Below are positions 38,323 through 50,749 of a stretch of 64,000 nt of DNA, one piece after another (positions within the stretch are counted from its first letter, which is position 1; the number at the start of each line of letters is the position of its first letter). Under the pieces are notes generated by a model. It was not told where the DNA came from, did no database searches, and saw only the letters and a program-made list of their open reading frames with translations. The DNA is from Tetramitus jugosus (lineage: Eukaryota > Protista > Heterolobosea). The stretch spans positions 186,001 through 250,000 of the forward strand of contig OW569365.1 of the NCBI GenBank assembly GCA_937625935.1, read 5' to 3'. The position numbers were made by a program, and so were the translations under genes.

Positions 38323-39582
38323 ATGAACAAGAGAACTCTGGCCAATGTGCTACAATCAAGTGACATCACCAATCGATCCTCTTCTTCATCCTCACCCTCT
38401 TCAACATCCAACAACAACAACAAGAAAACAACAACAAAAACAACAAGACGTGTCATCTATGTGAGCTCAGCACTTGATGTTGCAGGCAGTAGCTTCATTG
38501 AGCCTTCCACACCACCAGAGGGAATCATCTCTCAAGAGAGTGATCTTGCTCCCACCACAACAACTACTGAGAGTGTTAAAAACACTGTCACTACTGCATC
38601 AACAACACCATTGAAAAGAACTGGATCAAAAGCAGCAATAGGAAGTCAGCAAATGGATCATGGAAATAGTCGAAGACAGAGTAATGATTTTCATCATGCT
38701 TCTTCTTCTGTTTCTTCATCTTCATCATCGTCATCTTCCTCTCAGAGTGAAGTTTTTTCATCAGGTGATTCACTGATAACATCAACAACAACGACAATAA
38801 CAACAACAATGAAGACGAATGAAACAAGTACAGAACTACAACAAGGAGAAGAAGAAGAAGATGAGGAGAGTAGAATAAGAGTGCATTCTCCTCCAGATAG
38901 AAAACGAGCAAAGAGGAGTCATTCCAATGTGATAAACTCTGGTGTAGATGCAGTACGGAAACCAGTGATTACTTATTGTGGTAGTAGAAGAGCATCTACA
39001 GTCGTAGCTAATGTTGTCACTCACAGTACAAACAAGGAGAATGACAATTTAGAAGCAATTGAAGGTGGAGAGGTACTAACTGATGCATTAGTGGACTCAG
39101 AGACAATAGCAAATAGCACAAGAGCAAGAAAGGATAGTGACAGGGCAGTTTTGCAAATAGAGCAACAGAGCAATGTGGCGCAAGAAACAGCGAACGAGTA
39201 CCAAAAAACTGAAATTTATGTACAGAATGATACAAATGTGACAATATCAGTTCAAATCTTTCCTTGTGTGCCTGTGAAAGGGAAGGTGTATGGCGAGAGG
39301 TATATCTTTCCTGGAAAAACACAATTTGTCAAAGTTAGACAGAACAGAAAGTCGAATTGCTTTTTTGTCTCTGTTTTGACAAAGAGTAGGAAACAAATGT
39401 ACCGTGGAATATCATGCCTTGAATTTGCATTCAAGCATGAGCCTTTCCGGTTGGTAGTTCGTTTTGGGGAAGCTATTAAGGCATTCTCAGCAGAAGAAAC
39501 GCGTGTGATTCCATTCACGATTGATGAGCACCAAGGCACACTCAACACGAGCTCAGATAGTGATGAGAGTACTTCCTTTTGA
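38323..39582 (+). CDS. Hypothetical protein with Ser/Thr-rich N-terminus and C-terminal beta-rich domain
   Basis: Long ORF; TEIYVQNDTNVTISVQIF.. globular-looking C-terminus; start uncertain. Confidence 0.55.
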   Translation: MNKRTLANVLQSSDITNRSSSSSSPSSTSNNNNKKTTTKTTRRVIYVSSALDVAGSSFIEPSTPPEGIISQESDLAPTTTTTESVKNTVTTASTTPLKRTGSKAAIGSQQMDHGNSRRQSNDFHHASSSVSSSSSSSSSSQSEVFSSGDSLITSTTTTITTTMKTNETSTELQQGEEEEDEESRIRVHSPPDRKRAKRSHSNVINSGVDAVRKPVITYCGSRRASTVVANVVTHSTNKENDNLEAIEGGEVLTDALVDSETIANSTRARKDSDRAVLQIEQQSNVAQETANEYQKTEIYVQNDTNVTISVQIFPCVPVKGKVYGERYIFPGKTQFVKVRQNRKSNCFFVSVLTKSRKQMYRGISCLEFAFKHEPFRLVVRFGEAIKAFSAEETRVIPFTIDEHQGTLNTSSDSDESTSF

Positions 39583-39700
39583 GGGATCTATGGTTGATTA
39601 ATCTTTGACTCACTTTTACAGTTATTTCCCTCCGACTGGATGTTTTTTGGGCCAAGACAAAAATGGAATTTGCCATTTTCGTTTTAACAACATACAAAAT

Positions 39701-42700
39701 ATGTTAAGAAAGGTACTCACATGCATCATACTGGTGCTTATGTACCCATATGTTACTTGTAACATAGTGCAACTTCATAACTCCTTAGTCGTTAGTTGTG
39801 TGTATATGAAAGATATTTCTTGTGTTGTTAATTTCGGTTCGCTAAGTTTCTCTTTTAGATTCATTATTCCAAGTTTTTACAGACATTCACGATATCCAAA
39901 TTGGATATCCTATCATCAATGAATATGGATCTATTTGTCAAACTCCTCCCTTTACATATAAGTCTCTTCCGATAGGTGTTGTTCCTGAGATAGTAGGGAC
40001 ACTTCGAAATTTGAATGGATCAGCAGTTGGTTTGTGGTACAATGCGAATAATTGTTATGTTGTTCCCTACTCAAATAACAATACATGTACAAAATATTCT
40101 TTTTCAAATCGATTATCTGAGTGTGACAATGATATTAGATTGCAGTTGAATGCGGGAAAAGCTGGTTTTAGTGTGATAAAAGATCTACAAGACACTCGAT
40201 TGTTAATTGAGAAGCTGACAGACAGCCTGTATAATATTCAATCTTTGGACAAAAGGAGTGTGATACTAACTGGAGCTCCAAAGTCAGCATTATCGAGGCA
40301 AATACAAAGCCTCCTCAACACCTTTAAGATTCACAGTGAAACTTATATAGACAAGATTGATGCATACGTACGTCAAGACTTGCAATATATCGAGGAGGTT
40401 GGACAAGAGGCATCGCTCGATACTCAAACTCTCACACAAAGTGTACAAATGGGCTCAGCATTACTTCGCTCCTTAAGCCGAGGAGAACTCAATCAATCTC
40501 ATGTTGATGAACTATCTGAACTTCATCTCTCTGATTTCAGCTTCGATTCGATTTTTAACTCGTCTGAGAGTGTAGAAGCTAACTCGTGGTTTCCAATATT
40601 ACAGCTTAAACGAGTTGCTTTTCACTCAATTGTGGTGTCCATGTCAAATATGATTCATCAAGCCAATATGTATCAAGTAATGAATGATTCATGTCTCAAC
40701 TTTGAATGTAAGAACCAAAACGCGAGAAAATTATTCGATTTTGACATCTTAGGTTTTCTTCAGAATATCACCAAGTTCAATTCGGAACGCATCGGTCCTT
40801 GTGGCAATTCAATCATCGAAAAAGCTATGGGATCTGTTTACCAGATGTTGGACTCTCAGTCAAAGTACACTGAACCAGATTATTCTCTCCCTTTTCAATG
40901 GCATAAGTGCTTATCTCAACAAACGCTATCCCAACATGAAGCTTTTTCACTCGACCTCTCAGGAATGGAGGTTATTCCATTCTCCAGGACAACAGATATT
41001 AATTCCGAGCAAGGACATCATGGATTATTGCTTCTTCCTAGGTCTTCTATTGTATATGTGCATCATGAAAAATTTAATAGAGCGATTGATCTTTCGCGAT
41101 TGAGCTCCAATTCTTTGATTGAAACCAATTTTGGATACAAAGAGGCACCCTACAGTCCAGATCCACAACCTGAACAAGTTCCTCCTCCCTCAGTGAGTCC
41201 ACTATTCCTGTGCCCACCAGGTCGATATGGTAAAGATTGCTCTGTGTGTCCTATCGGTTCGTGGTCAAATGATGGATTTCTCCACTTATGCTCGAATGCT
41301 CCAGACACTGACGCTGAATACTTCGTGCATAACTGGCCAACTCCTAATTGTCCTTTTCGATGTTTGAACAACAAGTATCGAGTTAATAATACCTGCCAGG
41401 TGCCACCTGATGGTTACTATCCATTAAGTAATCAGTATCAGATTGATAGATGTCGAACAGAATTCCCTTCCAATTTTATATCATATTCATCTCACGGCCT
41501 GACTGGTAGGCCATTTTCGTGTTCCGTGGAAGCCCATCATGTATTAGAAATGGAATATAACATTACTAGTATACTAGTTGAATCATTCTCTATCGAGATA
41601 TGGATCAAAGTCAATGTTACTGGTTTGCTTAGAGCATGTGATTCACATCTATGCGACCAAATGCGCTTTGGTATTCTCGACACAGAATTATGGTCATTGT
41701 ATCTATCCCTTCATGATTCGATGGTCAGGTTAAATGTTGCTGATAATATCGGAGCGGCTGCTCAAAGTAAGCTCCTTAGACTAGACAATGATTGGCATCA
41801 ACATGTAATCCAATACGATGCAAGACTCAAACTTATTTATTTCTCAGTTGACTCTGTTCCTATTGGGGGAGGTTGGTATAACTCACCGAAGAGTAGTAAC
41901 AACATTGATAACCTTATAATAGGAGGAGCAAGATCGGATTATCCTTTGAAATCCAGAATCCTACCAGCCCAAATTGCAAGAATGCATATTCGGTCGTCAG
42001 TATTCCCAATGGAAACATTCCCTATGGATATCAGTTCAATAATGAAACGATGCCCAGATGGCCTATATTGGCACTCTCACAAATGTATTCCTCTTTGCAG
42101 ATCAGAAGGGCTCTTCAACATTGCTGATTGCCCATGTACTTGGGGACAGTTCTTCAATACTCAAACAAATCAATGTTCTTGGTGTCCAAGCTCTTCAGTT
42201 GGTAGTGTATTTCCACATTTTAGAAACAGTGATTGCATCTGCGCTTCTGGATATATATGGAGTTATTCAGAGAACTCATGTGTTGTTGGCAAACCCTCTC
42301 TGGTCGAGCCTGATGTTGACTATTATTTTGATCCGATTCCAGAAGCTATCGAGAATATTGAAGGAATTGTCATACCTCTCAATGCAACTCTAGTTGTTCA
42401 TTCTCCATCTCAAAATGCAGCTCTCCTATCTCTAAGAAAAATCGTAGAAACAACAGATGGTGTCGTTCTTGATATCACTATATTGTCTGGATTGCGTATT
42501 GTTCTGAAAGAGCAAATACCTTTTGAGGAATTACCCTTTCACTATTGCTTTTCAGAAGGTGGTCGTTATCGAATTGAAGCACAATTCAATAAGCCAGGAC
42601 ATTTGCTTGGAACAAAATACTCTCAGTTGGTTGTTGTACAAGCACGTGCTTTGCCTCCTTTCATACGGCCCTCAGATCCGAGGTTAAACGGAACAACCCT

Positions 42701-43592
42701 CTTTCAGATAGCTTCACAAGAACCATCCGAAAACAGTGTACTTTATTCATTTGATGGTATATCATTTATGATATATGATAAGCGCAATCCACCAGCTGCA
42801 TCTCCTCCCGTATCAATCTATATGTATACAAAACCCCTTGCATCGACAGTATTACCAAGTCAACTTCTCAAAACTAACTTCACTTGGAACACTGAGTCAG
42901 AGAATTACAAGTACGCTTTAGCGTATGAGAGGGCCCCTGAAAGTAACACTTCTAATGTACAATCGAGGACCGTCACATTTCTAGTTTGGTGCCAAAAAAG
43001 TATTCCAAATTGCATTCTTGCTTTGGTAATACCCATTGTATCCTTGGTGGTTATCGGTTTGGGAATTATTCTAACATTGGTGATTGTCAGAATTGTTATC
43101 AAGAGAAGAAAGACGCGAGGCATTCATGGCACGAAAGATTTTTCGCCAATCGAGAAGGAAAAGAGACCAAAAAAACCAGAGAATGCTGTCAAAGACTGTC
43201 GAACATTAAAAGAAAGAAGAAATAGAGCCTTTGGTGATATTGTATGTAATATGGACCCTTGCAAAAAGCTTGCTCGATTTCGCTGTTGGAATTGTCAGCT
43301 GTATCTTTGTAATTCTTGTCAAAACACCCACCCAACAGATCATGAATGGATAAGAATAATGATATGTGATATATGTAGAAGGAAGAGTAAGAGGCTGGCT
43401 GTATTCTCAACAAAAAAGAACTGTCTCTTTAAGTATGTTTGCTCTCATTGTGTTTCCAATCTCTCGCTACCTCCATCGGTTCGAGTAATCCAGGCTTGTA
43501 CCCAATGTAAGGACGAGCAAACATTCTCTAAGGAGAGCCAACATCTCTGCAAAAGTTGTATTGTATTGTCTAACCTAAATACACCTCGATAA
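39701..43592 (+). CDS. Large type I membrane protein: Cys-rich repeats, LamG/ConA-like domain, TM, cytosolic B-box-like Zn motifs; first exon uncertain
   Basis: Frame open from ~39858; leader MLRKVLTCIILVLM at 39701; SFSIEIWIK..DNDWHQHVIQYD..LIIGG; TM; CxxCQLYLCxxC..H..H tail. Confidence 0.65.
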
Positions 43593-43818
43593 ACAACATT
43601 GTTCAGACCATGTAACATATCTCTTCAGAACAATCTCTAGCTCTTGGTGAAGCCAACCATTGACCTTAGTGTATTTTCCTCGTGAGGTGCCAAACGCCAA
43701 GTAGTCATACCTCGTTTAGAAACTTCCGAATATGTCACGTAATATGAGATCCTCTTTTCCTCATGAAAAACCTTGTTGCACCTTGGCCTATCCACAAAGA
43801 ATCAACACAAATTGAAAA

Positions 43819-44265
43819 ATGCTCGAATCCTCAACCCCTGAACAGCGGGAAGTTCAGATAATTCTATTAAGAAAACAACTCGAGCAATTGAAAACAGAAA
43901 CTCAAGAAGTTCATGAACAAAATCAACTAAGGAGAATTGAACTTGACAATCAAAGGAAGTTCAATGAAAAGTTGACAATGAAAATCAAAGGCCAAGAACA
44001 ATTAACCCAAGAGTTAGAGGAGAAGTTACAAGTGGAAAGAGAAGGAGGAACGGATAAGTTAGCAACTCTGGAAACTCTTCAAGACTCGTACCTTGAAATG
44101 ATTGAACAAGAACTTGATCAGGTTGAATTGGATGTAATGAGTATAGGAGATTTAAGTCGATTGTTGGTCATCCTACAGGATCAAATGGTCCGGGTTAACA
44201 AAGAAAGAGACAGGAGGAGCACATACCTACATAAAAAGATCGATAGATTGGAGAGAAATGAATAA
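43819..44265 (+). CDS. Hypothetical coiled-coil protein
   Basis: 148-aa E/Q/K/L-rich ORF. Confidence 0.55.
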   Translation: MLESSTPEQREVQIILLRKQLEQLKTETQEVHEQNQLRRIELDNQRKFNEKLTMKIKGQEQLTQELEEKLQVEREGGTDKLATLETLQDSYLEMIEQELDQVELDVMSIGDLSRLLVILQDQMVRVNKERDRRSTYLHKKIDRLERNE

Positions 44266-44407
44266 ATTTCGAATTTCAGCCGGACATGCAACTATTCGCG
44301 AAGAAAGAATAGAATTCTTCAATAAGTACTCGTGTCAGATTCAATAAAATAGCTTCTCAGGTTATGATTGTCGTTCGGAGGTTCCTGTTGATCTTAAAGA
44401 GAAAAAA

Positions 44408-45604
44408 CTACAATCGAGAAAAAATGGGAAATTCCCTCAATACAATGGGGTTGTGTTTCTGAAACTCGACTATCTCCCTTCGTGATCTTTGCTCTTGTTT
44501 TAACTGTTCTAACTGTGCTTGCCTTGGAAGCCCTTTCTCCACTGTTTCATTGGTGACCTTCATCTTTGTTAATTGTGATTCATTTGGTTTAATAAAATGG
44601 TTGTATAGGTATTCTTTCCACGGATTGACTTCATTTTCTGATCGCTGGTTGCTAACTGTTTGATACAGTTTGTGTTCCCTCATCATCTGCCGTAAAAGCA
44701 TCAGTTGTCTTCGATTCACTCCAGCCTCTAGTTCACGATGACTTCCTATTCGTTGTTCGTTGATGTTCGATATTGTTTCACTCAGCCCCTCTATCCCCTT
44801 ATTGTTCATTATGTTTTTTAGATATTGCAGATCGGGCACAAGTGCCTGAATCTCAATTGATGAGTCATCCTTGTCTTTGTTTTGTGTACTTGGAGTCAAA
44901 CTATTCCGCGAACTTGTGTCTGAAGTTGAATCTCTTCCATATACTTCAGATAACAATTCACTTTTATCTTTTTCGCTCGTCAGTTGGCCTGATTTGCGTT
45001 CAAATTGGTACAGCATGTGTAATACAAGTGGTGAGTCCATTTCTCTCTTGTATATCTGATCCAACAGAGACATAGGTGGATGTTGTAAGAACTCCTTTTG
45101 AAGTTCACCCAGCTCCTTGGACGATTGATCGTACAAGGAGATCCGATGTTTTTGAAGTGGATGAATCACTTCTCTCACATAACGTCTCTTTTCCTCCTTG
45201 TCCTGTTTTTCTTTTTGTTCTCTTGCGGCTTGTTCCCTTGCTACCTTTTCTATGAAATGCTCCTTTGTGGTGACAGTGGATGGTTCTGGATAATGAATGC
45301 TCGTTAGGAAAGCAGTTCTCTGCCGCCTGGCGTGGCTATTATTGTTCAGTCGCTCCACAAACTGTTTTTGGGCCAATACACGAGACATTTTGTTCAACGT
45401 CGTGTTTGGTTGCTGATCCACGAAATTTTGAGGCACCGTGGCTCTTGTTTGTCTGTCAGAACTTCGAGGGATAAAGTAATGTTCTGGCAAAGAATCAATG
45501 AGATCTTTGAGGTGAGTGGGCAATCCTCTTCCATCGAAATTCGTCTCAATCGGTTGCATAGTCTGATCTGTTTTGTTTGTTTTTTGTGAAGAGAGGAACA
45601 CCAT
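44408..45604 (-). CDS. Hypothetical protein
   Basis: 398-aa ORF, no recognised motif. Confidence 0.55.
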   Translation of the reverse strand: MVFLSSQKTNKTDQTMQPIETNFDGRGLPTHLKDLIDSLPEHYFIPRSSDRQTRATVPQNFVDQQPNTTLNKMSRVLAQKQFVERLNNNSHARRQRTAFLTSIHYPEPSTVTTKEHFIEKVAREQAAREQKEKQDKEEKRRYVREVIHPLQKHRISLYDQSSKELGELQKEFLQHPPMSLLDQIYKREMDSPLVLHMLYQFERKSGQLTSEKDKSELLSEVYGRDSTSDTSSRNSLTPSTQNKDKDDSSIEIQALVPDLQYLKNIMNNKGIEGLSETISNINEQRIGSHRELEAGVNRRQLMLLRQMMREHKLYQTVSNQRSENEVNPWKEYLYNHFIKPNESQLTKMKVTNETVEKGLPRQAQLEQLKQEQRSRREIVEFQKHNPIVLREFPIFSRL

Positions 45605-45656
45605 GAATCTAATAATTATTTACAGATGTACAATGCATTCGCATGCACAAATTGAA

Positions 45657-46742
45657 TTACAACTCTTGCTCTGATTGGGCGCCTTCATCATCTTCACTGG
45701 CCTTCTTTCCTTTGCCCTTCTTGGTTGCCTTGGTTGCTTTGGCTCCCTTCGTCTTGACTGCGGCCTTCTTGGCAGCAGGCTTTGCCTTCTTTGCTGGTGG
45801 CTCCTCGTCTTCAGAAGCAGCTTCTTCGACCTCTTCTTCAGTGTCCTTGGATGCTTGCTCAACTGCCTTTCTGATTCTCTTACCAGTCACCTTTTGTAGC
45901 TTCTTGTATTCTTCCTTCTTCTTTGACTTTTCAGCTTCAAGAATATTGTTGGCCAATTCTCCCAAATTTTCCAATGGAAGATTCTCCGAGCCAATGTCTG
46001 CCTTGACGTTATAAGCTTCTAGGATACGGGCCATTGGATACGAGGAGTGAATTCCGAAACCTTCACGAGGGTTATACATCTTCTTGATCAATGCAGCAAG
46101 CATGAAATCACCCTTTTGAACCGTAATCTTCTTGTGAGTGAGGCGGAGACAGTTGGCAATGAACATGGTTTCAGTCATTTCATATTCGAGAACTTCATGG
46201 ATCAGATTGAATGCAGCAAGACTCACACGGAAATCAGGGTGTGTCTCTCTAATGATATCCTTGATCAATCGCAAAACAGCATTCTTGGTAAAGATTCTCT
46301 TGCTTCCAGTCATGAGATCATAGGCCTCTAGTTCACCCTTTGTGTATTCACCATTGAGCACTTGGTACTTTCTTGTTTTTCTCACGCCCTTCTTCTTTTG
46401 AGCAGCTGCTGGAGCTTCTGTTGTTGCTGCAGCTGGAGCTGCGGCGGCGGCCTTCTTCTTCCTAGTTTCAACCTTGTCAGTGGAAGCAGAAGCTGCTGAT
46501 GGAGATGTCTCAGTCAAGCCTAGGTCAAACACCTCACCAGCCTTCTTGGCGGCTCTTCTCTTTGGTGTGGAAGCTACAGCTTGAGACTGGACATCAATGT
46601 CCTCGTCTCTCTCAACAGAGGAACCACTGAGGAGTCTATTGGTTTCTTCTTGGGAGGAAGAGATCTCTTGAGAGCTACTGACCACTTGCTTAGTCTTCTT
46701 TGCTGGCGTCTTCTTTGTTGGCTTGGTCTTTTGCTTGGCCAT
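45657..46742 (-). CDS. Highly divergent histone H3-fold protein with long N-terminal tail and ~140-aa C-terminal extension ending in an H1-like K/A-rich tail
   Basis: IFTKNAVLRLIKDI..PDFRVSLAAFNLIHEVLEY..ANCLRLTHKKITVQKGDFMLA aligns by eye with H3 [54 protein letters not shown]. Confidence 0.75.
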   Translation of the reverse strand: MAKQKTKPTKKTPAKKTKQVVSSSQEISSSQEETNRLLSGSSVERDEDIDVQSQAVASTPKRRAAKKAGEVFDLGLTETSPSAASASTDKVETRKKKAAAAAPAAATTEAPAAAQKKKGVRKTRKYQVLNGEYTKGELEAYDLMTGSKRIFTKNAVLRLIKDIIRETHPDFRVSLAAFNLIHEVLEYEMTETMFIANCLRLTHKKITVQKGDFMLAALIKKMYNPREGFGIHSSYPMARILEAYNVKADIGSENLPLENLGELANNILEAEKSKKKEEYKKLQKVTGKRIRKAVEQASKDTEEEVEEAASEDEEPPAKKAKPAAKKAAVKTKGAKATKATKKGKGKKASEDDEGAQSEQEL

Positions 46743-46890
46743 TTTGATCTTGGTGTTACGTCTAAGGTGTGTGCGTTGGTTTGTTGTGTTTTTGGTGACG
46801 TGTGGACTCGACTCTATGGAGACAATCTTTAATAGCGCTGATGGGCGTGGTCAGGGTTGACTTCAGCTCTATTACCCCGATTCAATTTGT

Positions 46891-49449
46891 TTACAATAGA
46901 TCGTTCCCCGATCGTGGGCTCATTGGGATCGGTGGTCGTTTTTTTTTGTGCACCTTCAATTGGAGGTGCAATTTTTCTTCGGGAGACAACTGCCTTCGTT
47001 TTTTCTGCCGCTCCACCTGCGCTCTCAGTTGAATCGCTTCGTTCCGCAACTCCAAATCTCTCTCTTCGAGTCTTTCCAACTGAGTTAGTTCTTCATCTTT
47101 GAGTTCAATTCTGCGATTCTTTGACTTCTTTTTAGGTGGGGTGATCAATGATACATCATCCCAGTCAACTATGCTCTCCTCGTCATCTTCGAGTGCTTTC
47201 TTACGCAGTTCCCTCTTTCGTTTCTTGGTCTTCTTCTCTGCTTCCGCTTTTCTGTTCCTTCTTCTCTTGATAAGACAAACAATGATCAAGATGAGGATAC
47301 CTACAACTGACAAGATGATGAATCCAATTGACAATCCACCAATCACTTTCATATAGAGTGGTAGGGCTGATAGAGAGCTCGCAATACTCGAACTACTGCT
47401 ACCAGATGCCTTCCCACTACCAGAACTCGAGCCAGATGGAGTGTTTTCAGCAGTTTTCTGGGCTTGTTTGTTGCACCATTGTATATTATTCGTTTGAGTC
47501 CAATCGGTGAAATATCCAGAATTGCATATGCAAGTCTCACCAGAAGCAGACACAGTTCCATGGGCACCACAATCAGGCTTAGCTATGCCCGCGAAAGCAT
47601 CTTGCTCACTCTTTGGTTGAGTAGTACCTGATCCACTGCTACCTCCTGAAGAGCCTCCAGAACCTGTCTCATTTCCTACTGAGCCTCCACTCGATGGCCA
47701 AGGTTTTTCATCACATTGATTCGTGAACGGATTATACTCTTGAGTACCATTTGTACAGATAGAAGTGGTTTCACAGAATCCAGTATTTTCATTCCAGTAG
47801 TTTCTGTACCCTTCATAAGCAGCAACGCAATTTGGTGCGATACATAAACCCTTATCAGGATCCCACAATTTTTCTCCCAAACAGGGAGGTCTACAGTATC
47901 TCCTTCCTTCACGAACATACATGATATTTGCCTCTCCTTTGCATGCATCCGATTCGAGTGGAGTTGAACCAGATTCTAAGGGCGTTTTTGTAGTCAGTAC
48001 AAAATCAACCCTTGTAGTAAGATCTACTGTTCCATGTTGGGAAATATCAACATAACAATAACCACCAGTTTTCCCAATTATCTCCTATAATAACACAGTA
48101 CGACAGAATAGGTCAGTTTTGATATCAATAGTTAAGGCGACTACAAAAAGGCTCCTTACCGTTGCTACGATTAAGAACTTAATTCGCTCTGTTGAAGACG
48201 CCTTGATAGTTTGACTTTTCTTCTTCTCAATCCTTAACGCTTCATCTTTTAAAGTACAGACGGACGACGAGCAACAAGTCTTTGGTTCAAGAAGGAAGTC
48301 TCCCTTGTAAGAGTTATCAATATTCATGATATCAATAAACATCACAATATTAATATCACCTGGCGTGTAGGGCAATAAACCGCTATCGACAACATGAGGT
48401 TGACCAAATAATCGAATTAATTTAAAGTTGTTCGCGGCTTCTAGCTCAAAATATAGCATGATCGATACTTGATCTCGAAACACGAGCGATAATTGTCCAG
48501 AGTTTTCCATTGAGGCCACGGCACCAACCTCCATCTCCATTCCATTTAAATTGCTCATTGATCTTAATGTTGTTTTCCTGAATGAGCTGAACTGATCATA
48601 TATCGAACCTCCTTCTACAGACACTTGCTTTTCGAAATCTTTGGAGCATACTAAATCTGAGGTCATTTGCATTCCAATGGTATTGGTCCTCATATGCGGA
48701 TACAAGGCTGTATTGGGCACAAAAAAGGGCTCTGGTACATAGTTTCCAAGGTTTGGATTCGCATAGACAGATTCATGAACGAGGACTCTCCCAGGATTGT
48801 TCAACCGATAATTTGCTTGGATCAGATTATGAGTGACTTGTGCTTTCACTGCTTGTGATTGAGCAATTAAGACATCTTGGTTGAGCCGCAATACATCAGA
48901 TACAGTATTCTGATATACTCTGACGAAAATGTCAAAGTATTGCTTCATCGGTACATAATCGAGGCTGTAGTACGTATATTTGGTAGCATTATTTTCCAGG
49001 CCATATTGCATACCATTACAACAGAGTGAAGATGGTGGACACTGGGAAGATGCAGGGAGCGCCTTCTTGGTAGCATATGTATTGAACAAATATCCTCTCT
49101 GAGTAATATCGTACTTGAATGTGAGTGGAGACGTATCAACCTCGACCAGAATGGGTGTCTCTGGAGCATAGGGTCTACCACTGCCATCACTAATCTGAGT
49201 ACTCTGGTCAATAGTGAAACTAAAGCTGTAACCATCACCTCTAATAGGAGTAATTCCTTGAACAGCTATGATACTTCGGCAGGCGCTCGTAATGTTCGTA
49301 CCCAGATCACACCTCTGAAATTGGACACTAGGTATGAAGACCCCATTCACAGTGCATTGTCGTAGGACACAAATCGCTGTGAGTAGTAATGCGACAATAT
49401 GGATGATAAGTCGAAGAATATGGTCATTAGAGCTATGCATTATGTACAT
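46891..49449 (-). CDS. Divergent HAP2/GCS1-like (fusexin) membrane protein, ~827 aa; 2 exons, intron 48085-48159
   Basis: Signal peptide; SVQFQRC..AC..PILVEVDTSPLTFKYDI; FFVP..NTIGM; IMLYFELEAANNFKLIRLFGQ; Ig-like domain III; EGF-like; TM; basic tail; GTAAGG..TAG intron joins the two track ORFs in frame. Confidence 0.6.
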
Positions 49450-49557
49450 CGAGTATGTTTTTTCCAACGAGCAGTCAGTTGTTCCATTGATTGCTCTCAC
49501 ACAAAAGACACGAAAAACAAAAATGGTAATTTACATTTTCGGAAAAAGACAAACAGT

Positions 49558-50313
49558 TTATCTGGAGTGCAGAGTAAACAAATGGTGATATAGCCGCTTC
49601 TGACTCTTTGTTATCTTTTTTTCTATAGAAGAATGAGACTTGTTAGAGCTAGAATAATCAATTAAAAACATACAAAGCTCTCGTCAATTATCATAATTGA
49701 CAAAAACAAGAACACACATACGTGATTCCATAAACTTGTTCAAAGATTGCACCAGAGCTTCATTCGTCGTTACATCCACATGACTACCCTTGTTAATTGT
49801 ATTCTTCTTACTCCTCTGTTCTTTCATTTTGTTCTGTTTTGTGACGCCTGGCGCATTTTTTGATTTTTTGGCGCCAGAACTGGTTGCACCAGCAGCAGCG
49901 GCAGTCGTCGTTGTTGTTTCTATTGGAATCAAATGCAGTTCATTCTGATCTTCTGTCTCTTCTCCATATTCTTCCTCATCGTCCGCTTCATCCTCATCAC
50001 TCAATGCATCAAAATCTTGAAAATCATCATCAGATGCAATATCCAATTCTCTCTCTAAAATGGACTCGTCACTTGCAATGGATGCATTGTCTAATTCCTC
50101 ATCTGATGAGTAATCATTAATGTCCTCACTTCTTTCATCATCATCATCATCTCCCTCGTCTTCATCATTTTGACTGTTGATCCTCTCTTGTTTCATTTGT
50201 TCAATGTCTTTCAGTTTCTTTCTGAGTTCTTCTTCATCTTTGATCAATTGATGTCGTTGTTTGGTAATTGCTTTGAGTGAAGCCTTTCTTTTCAATGATG
50301 TTTTCGAGACCAT
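49558..50313 (-). CDS. Acidic/basic, probably nuclear or nucleolar hypothetical protein; 2 exons
   Basis: D/E-rich core with Lys-rich ends; GTATGT donor near 49720 and short last exon (QKKITKSQKRLYHHLFTLHSR*). Confidence 0.55.
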
Positions 50314-50749
50314 ATTTTGTTGTTGTGTTGGGTCGTTTGTGTGTCTTCAATTTTTTTTGTGAACTGTTGTGTGAAAAAGTGGCAAGGGAGCCTTGCTTTC
50401 TGCATTATGGTTCCCGGAAATCCCTTTCGCTCTTTTTATTATGTTGATCTTTGCTAGTGACTGTTTGTCGAATAAGTTGAATAGTGTTAGGTGGAAGGTA
50501 ATATGTAGGTTGTCATATGCATATGAATGATGGTAGATGTAGAGAAAGAGCACGACGACAGCGAGCCACAGAAGGAAAAAAGAGAGCGCGCCACGCTCCC
50601 AAAAAAATTTCTGTGGTACACCGTGGAGCGAAACGTCGTTCTTCAGATAATTGGATAAGTGTCTATATAAAGGTACATATGTACAGCTGTGTGACCTCAC
50701 TCATGCGAAGAGATGAACAAAATATCACACATCGGCTTCCATGAATTGC

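Noticed and set aside
45657-46742. Firm call as CENP-A/CenH3
   Set aside because: Loop 1 is not lengthened and the long C-terminal extension is atypical, so it is left as a divergent H3-fold protein.
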